Source: Candidatus Fermentibacteraceae bacterium (lineage in GTDB: Bacteria > Fermentibacterota > Fermentibacteria > Fermentibacterales > JCC-6). From it: 64,000 bases of DNA. The stretch's first letter is position 1; the number at the start of each line of letters is the position of its first letter. Below, piece by piece: positions 1 through 9,975 of this stretch. The notes below the pieces were generated by a model. That model was not told where the DNA came from. It searched no databases and saw only the letters and a program-made list of their open reading frames with translations. Location: NCBI GenBank assembly GCA_046485185.1, contig JAWOHL010000089.1, positions 3,553 through 67,552 of the forward strand, given 5' to 3'. The position numbers and the translations under genes were made by a program.

Positions 1-1830
1 CTGCCCTCCTGATGGCTGTTCCAGAGTTCAAGGAGCCCTGCCCTCGCAAGAAGGCCGGAGTCGAGGATACTGGAATCGAAAAGACAGTCGTGGGCGAACT
101 CCTTCATCTCGCTGCGGAACCATTTGGAATAAGGCATCTCCAGGCCAACCTTCTTCTTGGCGATCACCCTGGCGGGAAGGATCCCCTCCATTGCCTTCCG
201 GAGAAGGTTCTTCTTCCTCATGCCCGGCAGCCTCAGTTTATCGGGCACCGTGGCCATGAACCGGTAGAGCTCCGTGTCGGTGAAGGGCACCCTGGCTTCG
301 ATTGAGTGGGCCATTGTCATCCTGTCGTTCTTTATCATCAGGTCGTTCGGAAGATGGCACATGGTGTCGATGCGAAGTATTCTGGCAAGCTCGGTTTCAC
401 CGCGGCACGCTTCGTAGACTGCAGTGAAGAACGAATCGGACGACGGGTGTTTCAGCGAGGCGCCCGGAAAGACACTGAGCCGCTCATCCCCCGTAAGTAC
501 GGCCCGCCACGCGAAGTGGGACTCAGGAACGCCAAGTTCGGAACCCGAGGCGAACCGCTTGGCCTTGAACTCAAAACTGAGCTTGCTGTTGGACACCGGC
601 AGGGCATTGACCGCAGGTGCGATCAGGAAGCGCCTGAGAAAGCCTGGAACGAACCGGCGGTAGAACATGCGGGCTTTCATTGCTGCGTGTGTGTCGTAGC
701 CCGCGAACAGTTCGTCGCCCCCCTCTCCCGAGAGGAGCACCGTGACAAGCGGGGACGCCTCACCGGCGAGAAGCCAGGTGGGGATCGCCGAGCCGTCGGC
801 GTATGGCTCGTCTATGTGGGCAAGGTATCCGGGAAGCAGGGCCTCGACCTTTTGGGGAGTCACGCGGATCTCATGGTGGATAGTGCCCTGGGTTTCGGCC
901 ACGAGCCTGGCATAGGAGGATTCATCGAAGCTGGGCTCATCAAACGCCAGGGAAAAGGTGTGGAAACCCGCCCCGCCCCTGGCCTTTACCATCAGGGCTG
1001 TCAGGGCGCTCGAGTCCATCCCGCCGGACAGCATGACCCCCACGGGAACATCGCTTATGAGCTGTCTTTTCACCGACTCCCGCAGCAGCCTGAGTGACTC
1101 TTTCACGGCGGTGTTCTCGTCCATGCCGTTGTCCGGACTGCTCCTGAAGTCGAAAAAACACCACCGGGCAGTCACCCCTGAACCGGGTTTGATCTCGATG
1201 GCGGTCCCGGGTGAAAGCTCGCTTACGCCCCGGAAAGGGGTGAGCGTCCCGGGGATGTAATTGCACCCCAGATAGTGGAACAGGGCCTCGGGGTCAGCCT
1301 CCCTCACGAAAGCCGGCGCCTGCAGCAGGCATTTTATCTCGGAGGCGAACCAGAAGCCACCGTTGTGTTCCATATGGAAAAGGGGCTTGATGCCGAAAGG
1401 GTCACGGGCCAGAAGCAGTATGTCACGCCGGGAGTCCCAGATGGCCAGCGAGAACATCCCGTTGAGATGCCTTAGAAAGTCGGCGCCCAGTTTCTCGTAG
1501 AGATGCAGCAGGACTTCGGTGTCGGTCCGGGAGCGGAAACGGAAATCATGCTCGAGCCCGAAATCACGCCTGAGTTCATTAAAGTTGTACACCTCGCCGT
1601 TGTAGGCGATCCACACACTGCCGTCTTCGTTGGACATGGGCTGGCGACCCGCGGCGGAAAGGTCGATGACGCTGAGCCGGCGATGGGCGAGGCCGCATGG
1701 GCCGACCCACTGCAGCCCGTCGTCGTCAGGGCCACGGTGGGAAAGGACCCGTGACATTGCCTGAAGCGCGTCACCGGTTTCAGGAGACCTGTCGCAGGGA
1801 CTTCCCAGAAGGACTCCCGCAAAACCGCAC
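1..1830 (-). CDS. asnB: Asparagine synthase (glutamine-hydrolysing); 3' end runs off the window
   Basis: The minus frame is open from the window edge to a GTG at 1830. The translation starts VCGFAG (class-II amidotransferase Cys2) and contains VPVGVMLSGGMDSS (PP-loop SGGxDS) near 1000-1040. It is absent from the ORF track because no stop lies inside the window. Confidence 0.85.
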
Positions 1831-1837
1831 AACGGCG

Positions 1838-2722
1838 CTACCGCCTTACTGCCAGGGCCTCGGCGACCATGCCCACAAGAAGGACCTGCAGGCTGGAAAC
1901 CAGAAAGATCACCGTTGTTGTGGAAATGACCGGGTAACTTGCGAGGTCGGGCGTGAAACCAACCTTGCCGACGGCGATCACAAAATCGAGAGCGAGTTTG
2001 AAAAGACCAAGGACGAAGAGGGTCATGGATGCCGGGAGGAACACCTTGAGGGGTCTGAAAAGCACGGCAAGCCTGAACACAAGCATGAGGAAGTTGGGGA
2101 AGTGGCCTGGCCTTATCTTTGAAGAACCCTCACGGGTATGGTAGTCGATGGGGATGAAGCGCACCGTGATGCCGTCACAGAGGGAGGCAACGGTTATTGT
2201 TGTGGTGAAGGAAAAGCCGTCGGGAAGAAGGTTGAGGTAACGCAACGCGAGGCTTCGCGTGAACACCCTGAGCCCCGAGTTGAGGTCGGGTATCCGCGTT
2301 CCGGTGAGACGGTTGGCGAGCTTGTTCAGAACCCACTTGGCCGGTCTGCGTGCGAAGGGGATACGCACCGTGCCCCCTGTCCGGCTGCCCACGACCATCT
2401 CGGCGCCGGGCATGGCATTGAGGAGGTCGGGGAGGCGGTCGACCGGGTAGGTGCCGTCGGCGTCGATGATGGCGATCATGTCGGATGAAGCGTTGCGGAT
2501 ACCCGTTTTCAGCGACGCGCCGTAGCCCAGGTTCATTTCGTGGCTCAACACCCCGATACCGGTGGACAGGGCCAGACGCCCCGTGGCATCGGTCGATCCG
2601 TCATTCACAACAATGATCTCGCCGTCGATGCCGCACCGGCACAGCGTGTCACGTACCCGCTCAACTGTGGATACTATCGACTGCTCTTCGTTGAAAGCGG
2701 GGATTATCACCGAAAGGTTCAA
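1838..2722 (-). CDS. Family 2 glycosyltransferase (polyprenol-phosphate sugar synthase-like, DPM1/ArnC type) with C-terminal TM helices
   Basis: N-terminus MNLSVIIPAFNEE..., then VVNDGSTD and IDADGTYP (DxD-type) motifs, followed by a hydrophobic C-terminal third. It lies 7 nt upstream of asnB. Confidence 0.8.
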   Translation of the reverse strand: MNLSVIIPAFNEEQSIVSTVERVRDTLCRCGIDGEIIVVNDGSTDATGRLALSTGIGVLSHEMNLGYGASLKTGIRNASSDMIAIIDADGTYPVDRLPDLLNAMPGAEMVVGSRTGGTVRIPFARRPAKWVLNKLANRLTGTRIPDLNSGLRVFTRSLALRYLNLLPDGFSFTTTITVASLCDGITVRFIPIDYHTREGSSKIRPGHFPNFLMLVFRLAVLFRPLKVFLPASMTLFVLGLFKLALDFVIAVGKVGFTPDLASYPVISTTTVIFLVSSLQVLLVGMVAEALAVRR

Positions 2723-2747
2723 GTGGCTCCTTTAAAGAACAAGCGGG

Positions 2748-2960
2748 CTACTTCTTCAGCCTTCCGAGGGTTACGAAAAGACCCCAGAGACCTGCGAGGC
2801 CCACCAGGACATAGATGATTCTGGCAATGCTGTAATCCAGTTTGAGAATGTCCTGGATGAGGTCCTTCTCGATCGCTCCCACGAGTCCCCAGTTGATGCC
2901 GCCCACGATCAGCAGGATCAGGGCTATGTAATCGACGAAACAGGCTTTTTTCACAGCCAT
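2748..2960 (-). CDS. DUF378 small membrane protein
   Basis: 70 aa. The core IVGGINWGLVG ... IIYVLVGLAGLW is typical of the DUF378 (YuzA-like) family. Confidence 0.8.
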   Translation of the reverse strand: MAVKKACFVDYIALILLIVGGINWGLVGAIEKDLIQDILKLDYSIARIIYVLVGLAGLWGLFVTLGRLKK

Positions 2961-2993
2961 GTCACACCCTCCCTTACGTTAGAATACGTTCTG

Positions 2994-2999
2994 ATTATA
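2994..2999 (-). promoter_or_regulatory. Perfect -10 hexamer (TATAAT) upstream of the DUF378-GT2-asnB run
   Basis: The reverse complement of 2994-2999 is TATAAT, 33 nt upstream of ATG 2960. I found no good -35. Confidence 0.35.
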
Positions 3000-3007
3000 A
3001 CCAATGA

Positions 3008-3568
3008 CTACCGAGCACCCAGTATTCCGAGGTTCGCCTCAAGCGCTCCGCCCTGCAGCAGGTCTTCCATGGCCCCGGCGGCATGCTCGGGTTCGAGGCC
3101 CGGGATCAGGCCGCTGCGAAGCACTTCAGCCAGCAGGGCCGTGTTCTGCATCCGGGAATCCGGCAGGTCGTCACGGAACACCCTGACCACCCGGATACCC
3201 CGGCGCCGGCACTCTTCATGCAGTGCTTCAGTGGAGACCTCCGGCACCGTGCCGTTCCTGACCTCGAAGGGCTGCCAGACAGCGTCGTAGTACGCAAGCG
3301 CCCCTCCGTCACGGAGATACCCACTCACTGCCCTCAGGGCTTCGTGGCGCTCGAGCGCAAGGACGAGGTCCGCCTCGCCCGGTGCTATCAGGGGAGAGAA
3401 CTCACCGCTGCCTGTCCTGATCTGGGAATTGACCACCCCGCCCCGCTGGGCAAGACCGTGGGTGTCCACTCCCCTGACTTCCATGCCGGCCCCTGAAAGG
3501 GCCCTCAGCAAGACCTCGCTGAGAAGGCCGATTCCCTGTCCGCCCACGCCGGTCATGTGAATGTTCAT
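3008..3568 (-). CDS. iorB: Indolepyruvate:ferredoxin oxidoreductase, beta subunit
   Basis: MNIHMTGVGGQGIGLLS ... GLAQRGG motifs. Its ATG at 3568 forms an ATGA overlap with the iorA stop. The longer ORF to 3628 is probably an over-extension. Confidence 0.8.
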   Translation of the reverse strand: MNIHMTGVGGQGIGLLSEVLLRALSGAGMEVRGVDTHGLAQRGGVVNSQIRTGSGEFSPLIAPGEADLVLALERHEALRAVSGYLRDGGALAYYDAVWQPFEVRNGTVPEVSTEALHEECRRRGIRVVRVFRDDLPDSRMQNTALLAEVLRSGLIPGLEPEHAAGAMEDLLQGGALEANLGILGAR

Positions 3569-5442
3569 CGGGGCTCCTTCCCGGGCGCAACGGCGCCTAT
3601 GGCTTCGGAGGGGCACGTCTGGATGCACGAGCCGTCACCGATGCACAGGTCGGTGTTGGTTGTGACCCGGCCTGTCCCGCTGTCCCTCTTGAAGGAAGGG
3701 CAGCCGAACCTGTCGATGCACTCCCTTGCCAGTGTGCACCTGTCCTGTGAAACCTCAACGTGTCTCTGGACAAAACCGGGCTTTCTGCGCTGCTCGCGTG
3801 AGAACTTGAGCATGCACGGGTGCTTCGCGATGACCACGCTGAGCCCGGGAGACTCCAGCGCCTTCCCAACCGCCAGGGTCAGTGCTTTCTGGTTGTAGGT
3901 ATCCACCTCGGAGATGTTTTGAATGCCAAGCCCTTCCAGAACCTTGCGGATGGGGATCTTTTCAGTCGGGTCGTTGAAGTTGCGTCCGGTCCCGGGGTGT
4001 TCCTGATGGCCTGTCATGGCCGTTGTACCGTTCTCCATCACGATAAGGGTGAGCCTGTGGTTGTTGAAGAGGGCGTTTATCACACCGGGAATGCCCGCGT
4101 GGAAGAATGTTGAGTCTCCAAGGAAGGCGACCACCCTCCTTTCGGGGTTGAACAGGGATAAGCCCTGCCCGATACCCGTTGATGCCCCCATCGACATAAG
4201 CAGGCGCCCTATCTCATGGGGGGGCAAAAACCCGAGCGTGTGGCAGCCGATGTCGGCAACGGTGATGTCGCTTTTTCGCAGCGCCTTGCCGATGGCGAAG
4301 AACGCGCTCCGGTGGCCGCAGCCCGGGCACATCTGGGGAAACCTGACGGGAGCCTCCAGGTTGCCGGTCAGGGTGACGCGAGCATCGACCAAATCGGGCC
4401 AGAGCCTGTGGAGTATCTCGCGCACCCTTCCCGGAGTGAACTCGCCTATCCAGTCTTCGGTGCACTCCTTTCCCAGTACACGGGTGGAGAGACCGGAATC
4501 GTGCGCCACGGCTTTCACTGACTGCTCTATGAAGTCATCCAGTTCCTCAAGGACAAGCACTTCATCATGCGCTCGAAGAAACCCGGAGATCCCTTCCCGT
4601 GAAAGCGGGTGCACCATTCCCAGCTTGAGGATGTCAGGCTTCCTGTCCGCCCCCGCCAGGGCGTCCAGAATCGACAGGAACGGAAGCCCGGCGGTGATGA
4701 TTCCCCGCTTCGGGTTGCCGTTTTCCATAACCCTGTCGAGACCCGGTTCGTGTGAGGCCTTCAGCCGTTCAATGGCCCTCTTCTTCATCCGTGCAACCAT
4801 TGCTCCTATCGGAATGTGGCTTCCCCCCGAACCGTCGAACACGGGTGTGTCATCCCACGGAGGGTTTGACCAGCCGTCGAAGGAGACCATCTCTTTGGCG
4901 TGGCACACGTGGGTGGTCATTCTGAGCATGACTGCCATGCGGTGCTTTCGGGCCATGGACACCGCTTTGAGAAGGAAAGCGTAGGCCTCGGATGGCGTGG
5001 CCGGTTCAAGCACAGGGGTGTAGCTCATCCTGGCCAGATGCCTGTTGTCCTGCTCGTTCTGGGATGAGTGGGCTCCGGGGTCATCCCCAACGATCACCAC
5101 CAGTCCGCCGGGGATGTCCATGTGGTTGAGCTGAACGAAGGTGTCCGACGCCACGTTGAGCCCCACGCTCTTGAAGAACACCACCGAGGGCCGTCCGTTC
5201 ACGGCGGCGCCGTATGCGACCTCCACCGCCACCTTCTCGTTGACGCAGAATTCGAAGTGGAAGGGGCGTCTATCCTTCTGGATGGAGGCGATGGCGGTTG
5301 CGATCTCGGGAGTGGGCGAGCCAGGGTACGAGGTGACCACCCGGACACCAGCCTCGACCATGCCTCTCACCAGGGCGGTGTTGCCCATTACCAGCTCCCG
5401 GAACGGGCTTTCGCCCAGAAGCATCTCCCCAAGCTTTTTCAC
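3565..5442 (-). CDS. iorA: Indolepyruvate:ferredoxin oxidoreductase, alpha subunit (TPP-binding, C-terminal 4Fe-4S ferredoxin domain)
   Basis: GNTALVRGMVEAGVRVVTSYPGSP N-terminus, GDSTFFHAG TPP motif, and C-terminal CxxCxxC...CP clusters. The start is uncertain: a GTG at 5442 has a GGAAAGGAAGG RBS 5 nt upstream, and the maximal ORF reaches 5514. Confidence 0.8.
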   Translation of the reverse strand: MKKLGEMLLGESPFRELVMGNTALVRGMVEAGVRVVTSYPGSPTPEIATAIASIQKDRRPFHFEFCVNEKVAVEVAYGAAVNGRPSVVFFKSVGLNVASDTFVQLNHMDIPGGLVVIVGDDPGAHSSQNEQDNRHLARMSYTPVLEPATPSEAYAFLLKAVSMARKHRMAVMLRMTTHVCHAKEMVSFDGWSNPPWDDTPVFDGSGGSHIPIGAMVARMKKRAIERLKASHEPGLDRVMENGNPKRGIITAGLPFLSILDALAGADRKPDILKLGMVHPLSREGISGFLRAHDEVLVLEELDDFIEQSVKAVAHDSGLSTRVLGKECTEDWIGEFTPGRVREILHRLWPDLVDARVTLTGNLEAPVRFPQMCPGCGHRSAFFAIGKALRKSDITVADIGCHTLGFLPPHEIGRLLMSMGASTGIGQGLSLFNPERRVVAFLGDSTFFHAGIPGVINALFNNHRLTLIVMENGTTAMTGHQEHPGTGRNFNDPTEKIPIRKVLEGLGIQNISEVDTYNQKALTLAVGKALESPGLSVVIAKHPCMLKFSREQRRKPGFVQRHVEVSQDRCTLARECIDRFGCPSFKRDSGTGRVTTNTDLCIGDGSCIQTCPSEAIGAVAPGKEPR

Positions 5443-5540
5443 GAGGGCCTTCCTTTCCTGCGTAATGTCAATGCAAACTTGATAATGCACAATCGCGGCC
5501 GCAGTGAAAAGCACTGCTTCGCAACGAAAGGAAGATTGGC

Positions 5541-7088
5541 TCAGCCGTTGAACAGGTTTAGAGAATCGAAGCTTGCGTCGGTGGTCAGGTTCACCCCAAG
5601 CCTTCTGAACCCTTCCTCGTCCCCCGGCACGGGAATGTGCGTGATGTGGACTTCGGCTCCCGCGAGCAGGGGGAGCCGCTCCAGTGCCTCAAGGGTTGCG
5701 GGGCTGTTGGTGGCGCTGATTCCCAGGGCGATCAGAACCTCGTCGAGGGTAAGACAGGTTCTGGGACCGCCGAGGGTTTCCTTCAGCTTCCTTATCGATG
5801 CGATCGTTTCGGGCGTGAGAAGGTGTATCCGGTCAGGAATACCGGCGAGGCGCTTTATGGCGTTTATTACCACGGCGCTGGCCGCGGTCATCAGATCGGA
5901 GTTCCGCCCGGTGAGGATCGAACCGTCCCGAAGCTCGATGGCCGCCCCTGTTCTCGGAACGCCGGAAGGGTAATCGGCCGCCGCGGCCCTTGCGGGCAGA
6001 ACCACCGAGCGGTACTCGGGCGATATGCCGTGATCATTCAGTAGAAGCTCGACCTTCTGAAGCGTTTTCTCTTCCACAAGGCCCATCACGAACTCACACC
6101 GGTACCTGAAGTACCTCCTGACCATCTCCTGTTTGGATGCCTCCCTCACTGCTTCATCTGAAACTATCCCGAAACCCGCCCTGTTGACACCCATGTCGGT
6201 GGGCGAGGCATAGGGGGACCTGGACCCGGTTATCTTCTCGAGGATCCTGCGCAGGAGGGGGAAAGCCTCGACATCGCGGTTGTAGTTCACCACAGGGGTC
6301 CCGTAGGCTTCCAGATGATAGGGATCGATCATGTTCACATCGCCTAGTTCCGCAGTTGCGGCCTCGTAAGCCGCGTTCACCGGGTGCGAAAGTGGAAGGT
6401 TGAAGATCGGGAAGGTCTCGAATTTGGCGTACCCCGAGTTCACACCCCGACGATGGTCGTGGTAGAGCTGGGAAAGACAGGTGGCGAGTTTTCCGCTGCC
6501 CGGTCCGGGTCCGGTCACCACCACCAGGGGTTTGGTTGCCTGTATGTAATCGTTCCTGCCGTAACCTTCGGGGCTGACCACCAGGTCGGTGTCGGTGGGA
6601 TAACCCCTGGTGAAGGGGTGGGCGTAAACCCGCACTCCGCTGCGCTCCAGACGGTTCCTGAACACGTCTGCTGCGGGTTGCTCGGCGTATCGGGTTATCA
6701 CAACGCCGCATACAGAAAGATCCAGGCGCCTAAGGTCGTCGATGAGCCTCATGGCATCGGCATCGTAGCTGATCCCGAAATCCCCCCTCATCTTGCGTTT
6801 CTCTATGTCGCCCGCGTAGATGCACAGGATGATCTCGGCCCGGTCACTGAGTTCCTGAAGAAGCCTGATCTTCACGTTGGGATCGTACCCGGGAAGGACC
6901 CTCGAAGCGTGCAGGTCGTACATCAGCTTGCCGCCGAACTCAAGGTACAGCCTTCCCGAGAACTGGGCGAGACGGGACGCTATGGCTCCGGTCTGCTCCG
7001 ACAGGTACTTCCCGTTGTCGAAACCCAAAGTTTCCCGCACGTTGCCCCCCCAAAAGAGTGCGGCTCCGGGCACAGCACGGAACCGCAC
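5541..7088 (-). CDS. DUF1846 / UPF0371 family protein
   Basis: GFDNGKYLSEQ...YLEFGGKLMYDLHASRVLPGYDPNVK matches the conserved N-terminus of the UPF0371 family. The true start may be the TTG at 7028 or the GTG at 7040. It ends 26 nt upstream of the maximal iorA ORF (~98 nt upstream of the preferred GTG start at 5442). Confidence 0.7.
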   Translation of the reverse strand: MRFRAVPGAALFWGGNVRETLGFDNGKYLSEQTGAIASRLAQFSGRLYLEFGGKLMYDLHASRVLPGYDPNVKIRLLQELSDRAEIILCIYAGDIEKRKMRGDFGISYDADAMRLIDDLRRLDLSVCGVVITRYAEQPAADVFRNRLERSGVRVYAHPFTRGYPTDTDLVVSPEGYGRNDYIQATKPLVVVTGPGPGSGKLATCLSQLYHDHRRGVNSGYAKFETFPIFNLPLSHPVNAAYEAATAELGDVNMIDPYHLEAYGTPVVNYNRDVEAFPLLRRILEKITGSRSPYASPTDMGVNRAGFGIVSDEAVREASKQEMVRRYFRYRCEFVMGLVEEKTLQKVELLLNDHGISPEYRSVVLPARAAAADYPSGVPRTGAAIELRDGSILTGRNSDLMTAASAVVINAIKRLAGIPDRIHLLTPETIASIRKLKETLGGPRTCLTLDEVLIALGISATNSPATLEALERLPLLAGAEVHITHIPVPGDEEGFRRLGVNLTTDASFDSLNLFNG

Positions 7089-7104
7089 GGTCGGACCGGA
7101 ACGA

Positions 7105-7713
7105 TCAGAGGGTCCTGGGACCCCCGTAAAGATTGCTTATGAGCTGTTCTGCGAGTTTCACGCTGAACTCCTGCCGGTCAAACCCGGCGTAGATCTCGGG
7201 GTTCCACTTGATCCGGATGCAGACGTCGCCCCTCTGGATAAGCATTCCCACTGTAACCTCGTCGATACCGCCGCCCATTGTGCCGAGGATCGCCCTGTCC
7301 CAGAGGTCGCCTTCCACCTCGACGCTGTCGTTGACATAACCGCTCACCCTGTCGAAATTGGCGGTACCGTCGAACGTGTAGACCAGGAAGTTGATCTTGC
7401 TTCCCGGGCGCTCAGAGCCCTCGCGGTTGGCGTCGAACCAGCTGAGCTGCGGCTTACCCGCGGCTGCGTCGCTGAGGGGTTCGTGCCAGGTGTCATATCC
7501 CGTGACGCCAACCAAAGCCTCGATCTCGGCTGTGCTCATGGCGTCAGCCATCTCCCACCCGTCGGGGAGGACAATGGTGTCACTGAGTTCAACGGTCTGG
7601 GGTTCCGCATCTTCCGGCGTCTCAGCGGCTGGTTCGGGGGTCGGCTGTTCGCCGCACCCTGACAATAACATCACCGTTGCGGCGATCAGTAATGCTGTAG
7701 CTTTTCTTTCCAT
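7105..7713 (-). CDS. Lipoprotein of unknown function
   Basis: Signal peptide with lipobox (LLSGC) followed by an acidic low-complexity linker. An AAGGAGGG RBS lies upstream. Confidence 0.6.
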   Translation of the reverse strand: MERKATALLIAATVMLLSGCGEQPTPEPAAETPEDAEPQTVELSDTIVLPDGWEMADAMSTAEIEALVGVTGYDTWHEPLSDAAAGKPQLSWFDANREGSERPGSKINFLVYTFDGTANFDRVSGYVNDSVEVEGDLWDRAILGTMGGGIDEVTVGMLIQRGDVCIRIKWNPEIYAGFDRQEFSVKLAEQLISNLYGGPRTL

Positions 7714-7798
7714 AAATACCCTCCTTTATCACGGAATTCCGGTCATCTCACCGGACAATCACGGTGCGAATATAGCGTGACCTGAGTTCGAAACCGAA

Positions 7799-9445
7799 TC
7801 ATTCACCGAGGAAGACCCGCTGCTCGACCGGGTACACCGTTCCCAGTTCGCGGAAGTACTCTGCCACGATCTCGGCGTCGATAAAGCCGGTGTCGATACC
7901 CGGAACGCCAGAGAGGGAACCGTACCCGTCTCCCCCTCCCGACACGAAGCTGTTGGTCACCAGTCGGTATGTGGCTTCGGTATCGAGCGGCGCGTAGCCA
8001 CCTGTGGGAACAGCCACTTCAACCGATGTCACACGACTGCCGGAAGGGGCGCCGCGAGACGCTGTGTACCTCATCCCGGCGACGTAGGGGAAAGTGCCGT
8101 CGGACAGGCCCAGGTCGAAAATACTCGAAAGGGCTTCCTCAAGAAGGTCTTTGACCTGTCGTCCGCTCAAATCCAGAACCGTCATCGTGTTTCCGAAGGG
8201 AAGGAGCGTGTAGACCGTACCAATCGTTATCTCTCCCCTTGGAACATCGATCCGGACGCCCCCGGCGTTCTGCAGGGCGATGTCGGCCCCAGTTCCCAGC
8301 CGGTTCGCCTTCCAGAGCATGGCGTCGCATACGATGGGAGCGATCACGCTGCCCATGGGAAGGCTTCCCCCCGGCACCCTGACATTGGGAAGGTCGTCTT
8401 CTGCAATGGCCACGAACTCGCTCTGGAAATCCTGGAGGACCGAGGCGTACCCTTCCACCATCTCGCTGACGAGGGGATCGGGTTCCGTCCGCCGCAGCCC
8501 CGGAGTTCCGCGGGTGTCTTCGGTGGTGAGGATCAGCGGTGAGCCGCTCCAGTCAACCACCCTTCCGTCCGGGTCGAAATCAACGATCAGGTTTCCCAGC
8601 ATTGCTCCGTAGCGCCAGGCAGTGACGATGAGAACGTTCTCTCCGTCCGGACCCGTGACGACCGTCGGGTAATCACCCTCGGAAACAAGCCCCAGGTGTT
8701 CGAACCGCCCCAGGACAGTGTGGGTGTGACCACCCACGATCACATCCACCCCGGGCAGGGATTCCGCGAGCCTGATGTCCTGCGGGTAGCCCAGGTGGGA
8801 AAGTACCACCACCTTGTCGATCCCCATGAGAGAAAGTGCTTCGACCGCGCTGCGCCCGGATTCGAGGGCGGACAACGCCACGGTCTGATCGGAGGGGCTC
8901 GAAACGCTGCAAAGCTCTTCCGTGATCAGCCCGATGACGCCTATCCTCTCCCCGCCCGTCGAAAGGACGGTAAAGGGCGCAACCCGCCCGGCGAGAAGGG
9001 TGTCGTCCCCCACCGAAATGTTGGCGCAGACTACCGGGAAGAGCACTTCGTCGAGAAGCAGGGACAGCCCTTCGCTTCCACGGTCGAACTCGTGGTTGCC
9101 CAGGGCCATGGCATCGAGCCCCATGGCGTTGTACACCGCCGCGTCGGCCCTGCCGCCGTAAACCGTGTAGAAAAGCGTGCCCTGCACCAGGTCGCCCGCA
9201 TGAAGGAAGAGCACGTTCCCCTCCTCATGCTTCGCGCGCCTGACCTCAGCCGCGATGAGCGCCACTCCACCGGCGTCAGTCCTTCCCAACCCCCCCGCGC
9301 TGTCGGGAAGGACACGCAGTGATACCGGGAGGAGGTTGGAGTGGGTGTCGTTGAGGTGGAGGATGTTCAGTGTGAAATTGCCGGCAGCCCGCGAAGTTCC
9401 GGACAAAAGAAGCAGGACTGCCGCCAGGACGCCCCTTGATACCAT
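7799..9445 (-). CDS. Bifunctional metallophosphatase / 5'-nucleotidase (UshA family), secreted
   Basis: LHLNDTHS, GDLVQGT and GNHEFD metallophosphatase motifs, plus a C-terminal 5'-nucleotidase-type domain and an N-terminal signal peptide. Confidence 0.85.
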   Translation of the reverse strand: MVSRGVLAAVLLLLSGTSRAAGNFTLNILHLNDTHSNLLPVSLRVLPDSAGGLGRTDAGGVALIAAEVRRAKHEEGNVLFLHAGDLVQGTLFYTVYGGRADAAVYNAMGLDAMALGNHEFDRGSEGLSLLLDEVLFPVVCANISVGDDTLLAGRVAPFTVLSTGGERIGVIGLITEELCSVSSPSDQTVALSALESGRSAVEALSLMGIDKVVVLSHLGYPQDIRLAESLPGVDVIVGGHTHTVLGRFEHLGLVSEGDYPTVVTGPDGENVLIVTAWRYGAMLGNLIVDFDPDGRVVDWSGSPLILTTEDTRGTPGLRRTEPDPLVSEMVEGYASVLQDFQSEFVAIAEDDLPNVRVPGGSLPMGSVIAPIVCDAMLWKANRLGTGADIALQNAGGVRIDVPRGEITIGTVYTLLPFGNTMTVLDLSGRQVKDLLEEALSSIFDLGLSDGTFPYVAGMRYTASRGAPSGSRVTSVEVAVPTGGYAPLDTEATYRLVTNSFVSGGGDGYGSLSGVPGIDTGFIDAEIVAEYFRELGTVYPVEQRVFLGE

Positions 9446-9471
9446 TTGGTCCCCCCCGTTATTTGAATCAG

Positions 9472-9975
9472 TCAGATTTCCGGCCAGAACCTGTTCTCGA
9501 ACCAGATGCTCTCCATCAGGGCTCTATCCATGTCGGCCAGGGTCTCGAGATGTCCGTGCTCCCAATCGGCAAGCCAGTTGAACAGGTCCTTCCCGCTCTC
9601 AGTCCCTGCTTCGGATGCCTTTTCCCTGTAGTACCTCTCCGCAGACGCCTCCATGGCCATCGCAGCGGAAATGGCTGCAGCCTCGAAGCCGGAGGCGTCA
9701 ATTTCCGATATCACTTTCCGGGTCAGGACCTCTCCCGAGATGTCAGAGGCCTCTCCCAGCGTGGTAACCGCCGCAAGAGACCCATCCCGCACCAATGAGG
9801 AGTAGTGGAGGGAGAGGGCTTCTTCGTGACGCTTCTCCTCTTCTGCCATTGTTGAGAAGACTTCCCTTACACCCTCAGATTTAGTTGTTGACGCTACTTT
9901 TGAATAAAAAGCCCATCCTCGTCTTTCGAGAAGGATTGCCCCCTTTACGGCTTCGATGGCCTCGGCACTCATCAC
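9472..9975 (-). CDS. Ferritin-like (rubrerythrin-family) diiron four-helix-bundle protein
   Basis: 167 aa with two ExxH motifs (EEKRH and EHGH) about 90 aa apart. Its start overlaps the hydE stop (GTGA at 9972-9975). Confidence 0.7.
   Translation of the reverse strand: MMSAEAIEAVKGAILLERRGWAFYSKVASTTKSEGVREVFSTMAEEEKRHEEALSLHYSSLVRDGSLAAVTTLGEASDISGEVLTRKVISEIDASGFEAAAISAAMAMEASAERYYREKASEAGTESGKDLFNWLADWEHGHLETLADMDRALMESIWFENRFWPEI

Noticed and set aside
306-1822. Track ORFs 306-1097(+), 958-1260(+), 940-1266(-), 1472-1822(-) and others at the window start.
   Set aside because: All overlap the asnB reading frame (minus strand, GTG 1830). That frame carries the MCG-type N-terminus and SGGxDSS motif but is missing from the track because it has no stop inside the window.
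7776-7798. GAGTTCGAAACCGAATC, superficially like a tRNA T-arm.
   Set aside because: The 85-nt intergenic region offers no acceptor-stem pairing, D-arm or anticodon arm. It reads better as the lipoprotein gene's promoter region (a TATATT is present) plus a weak hairpin.
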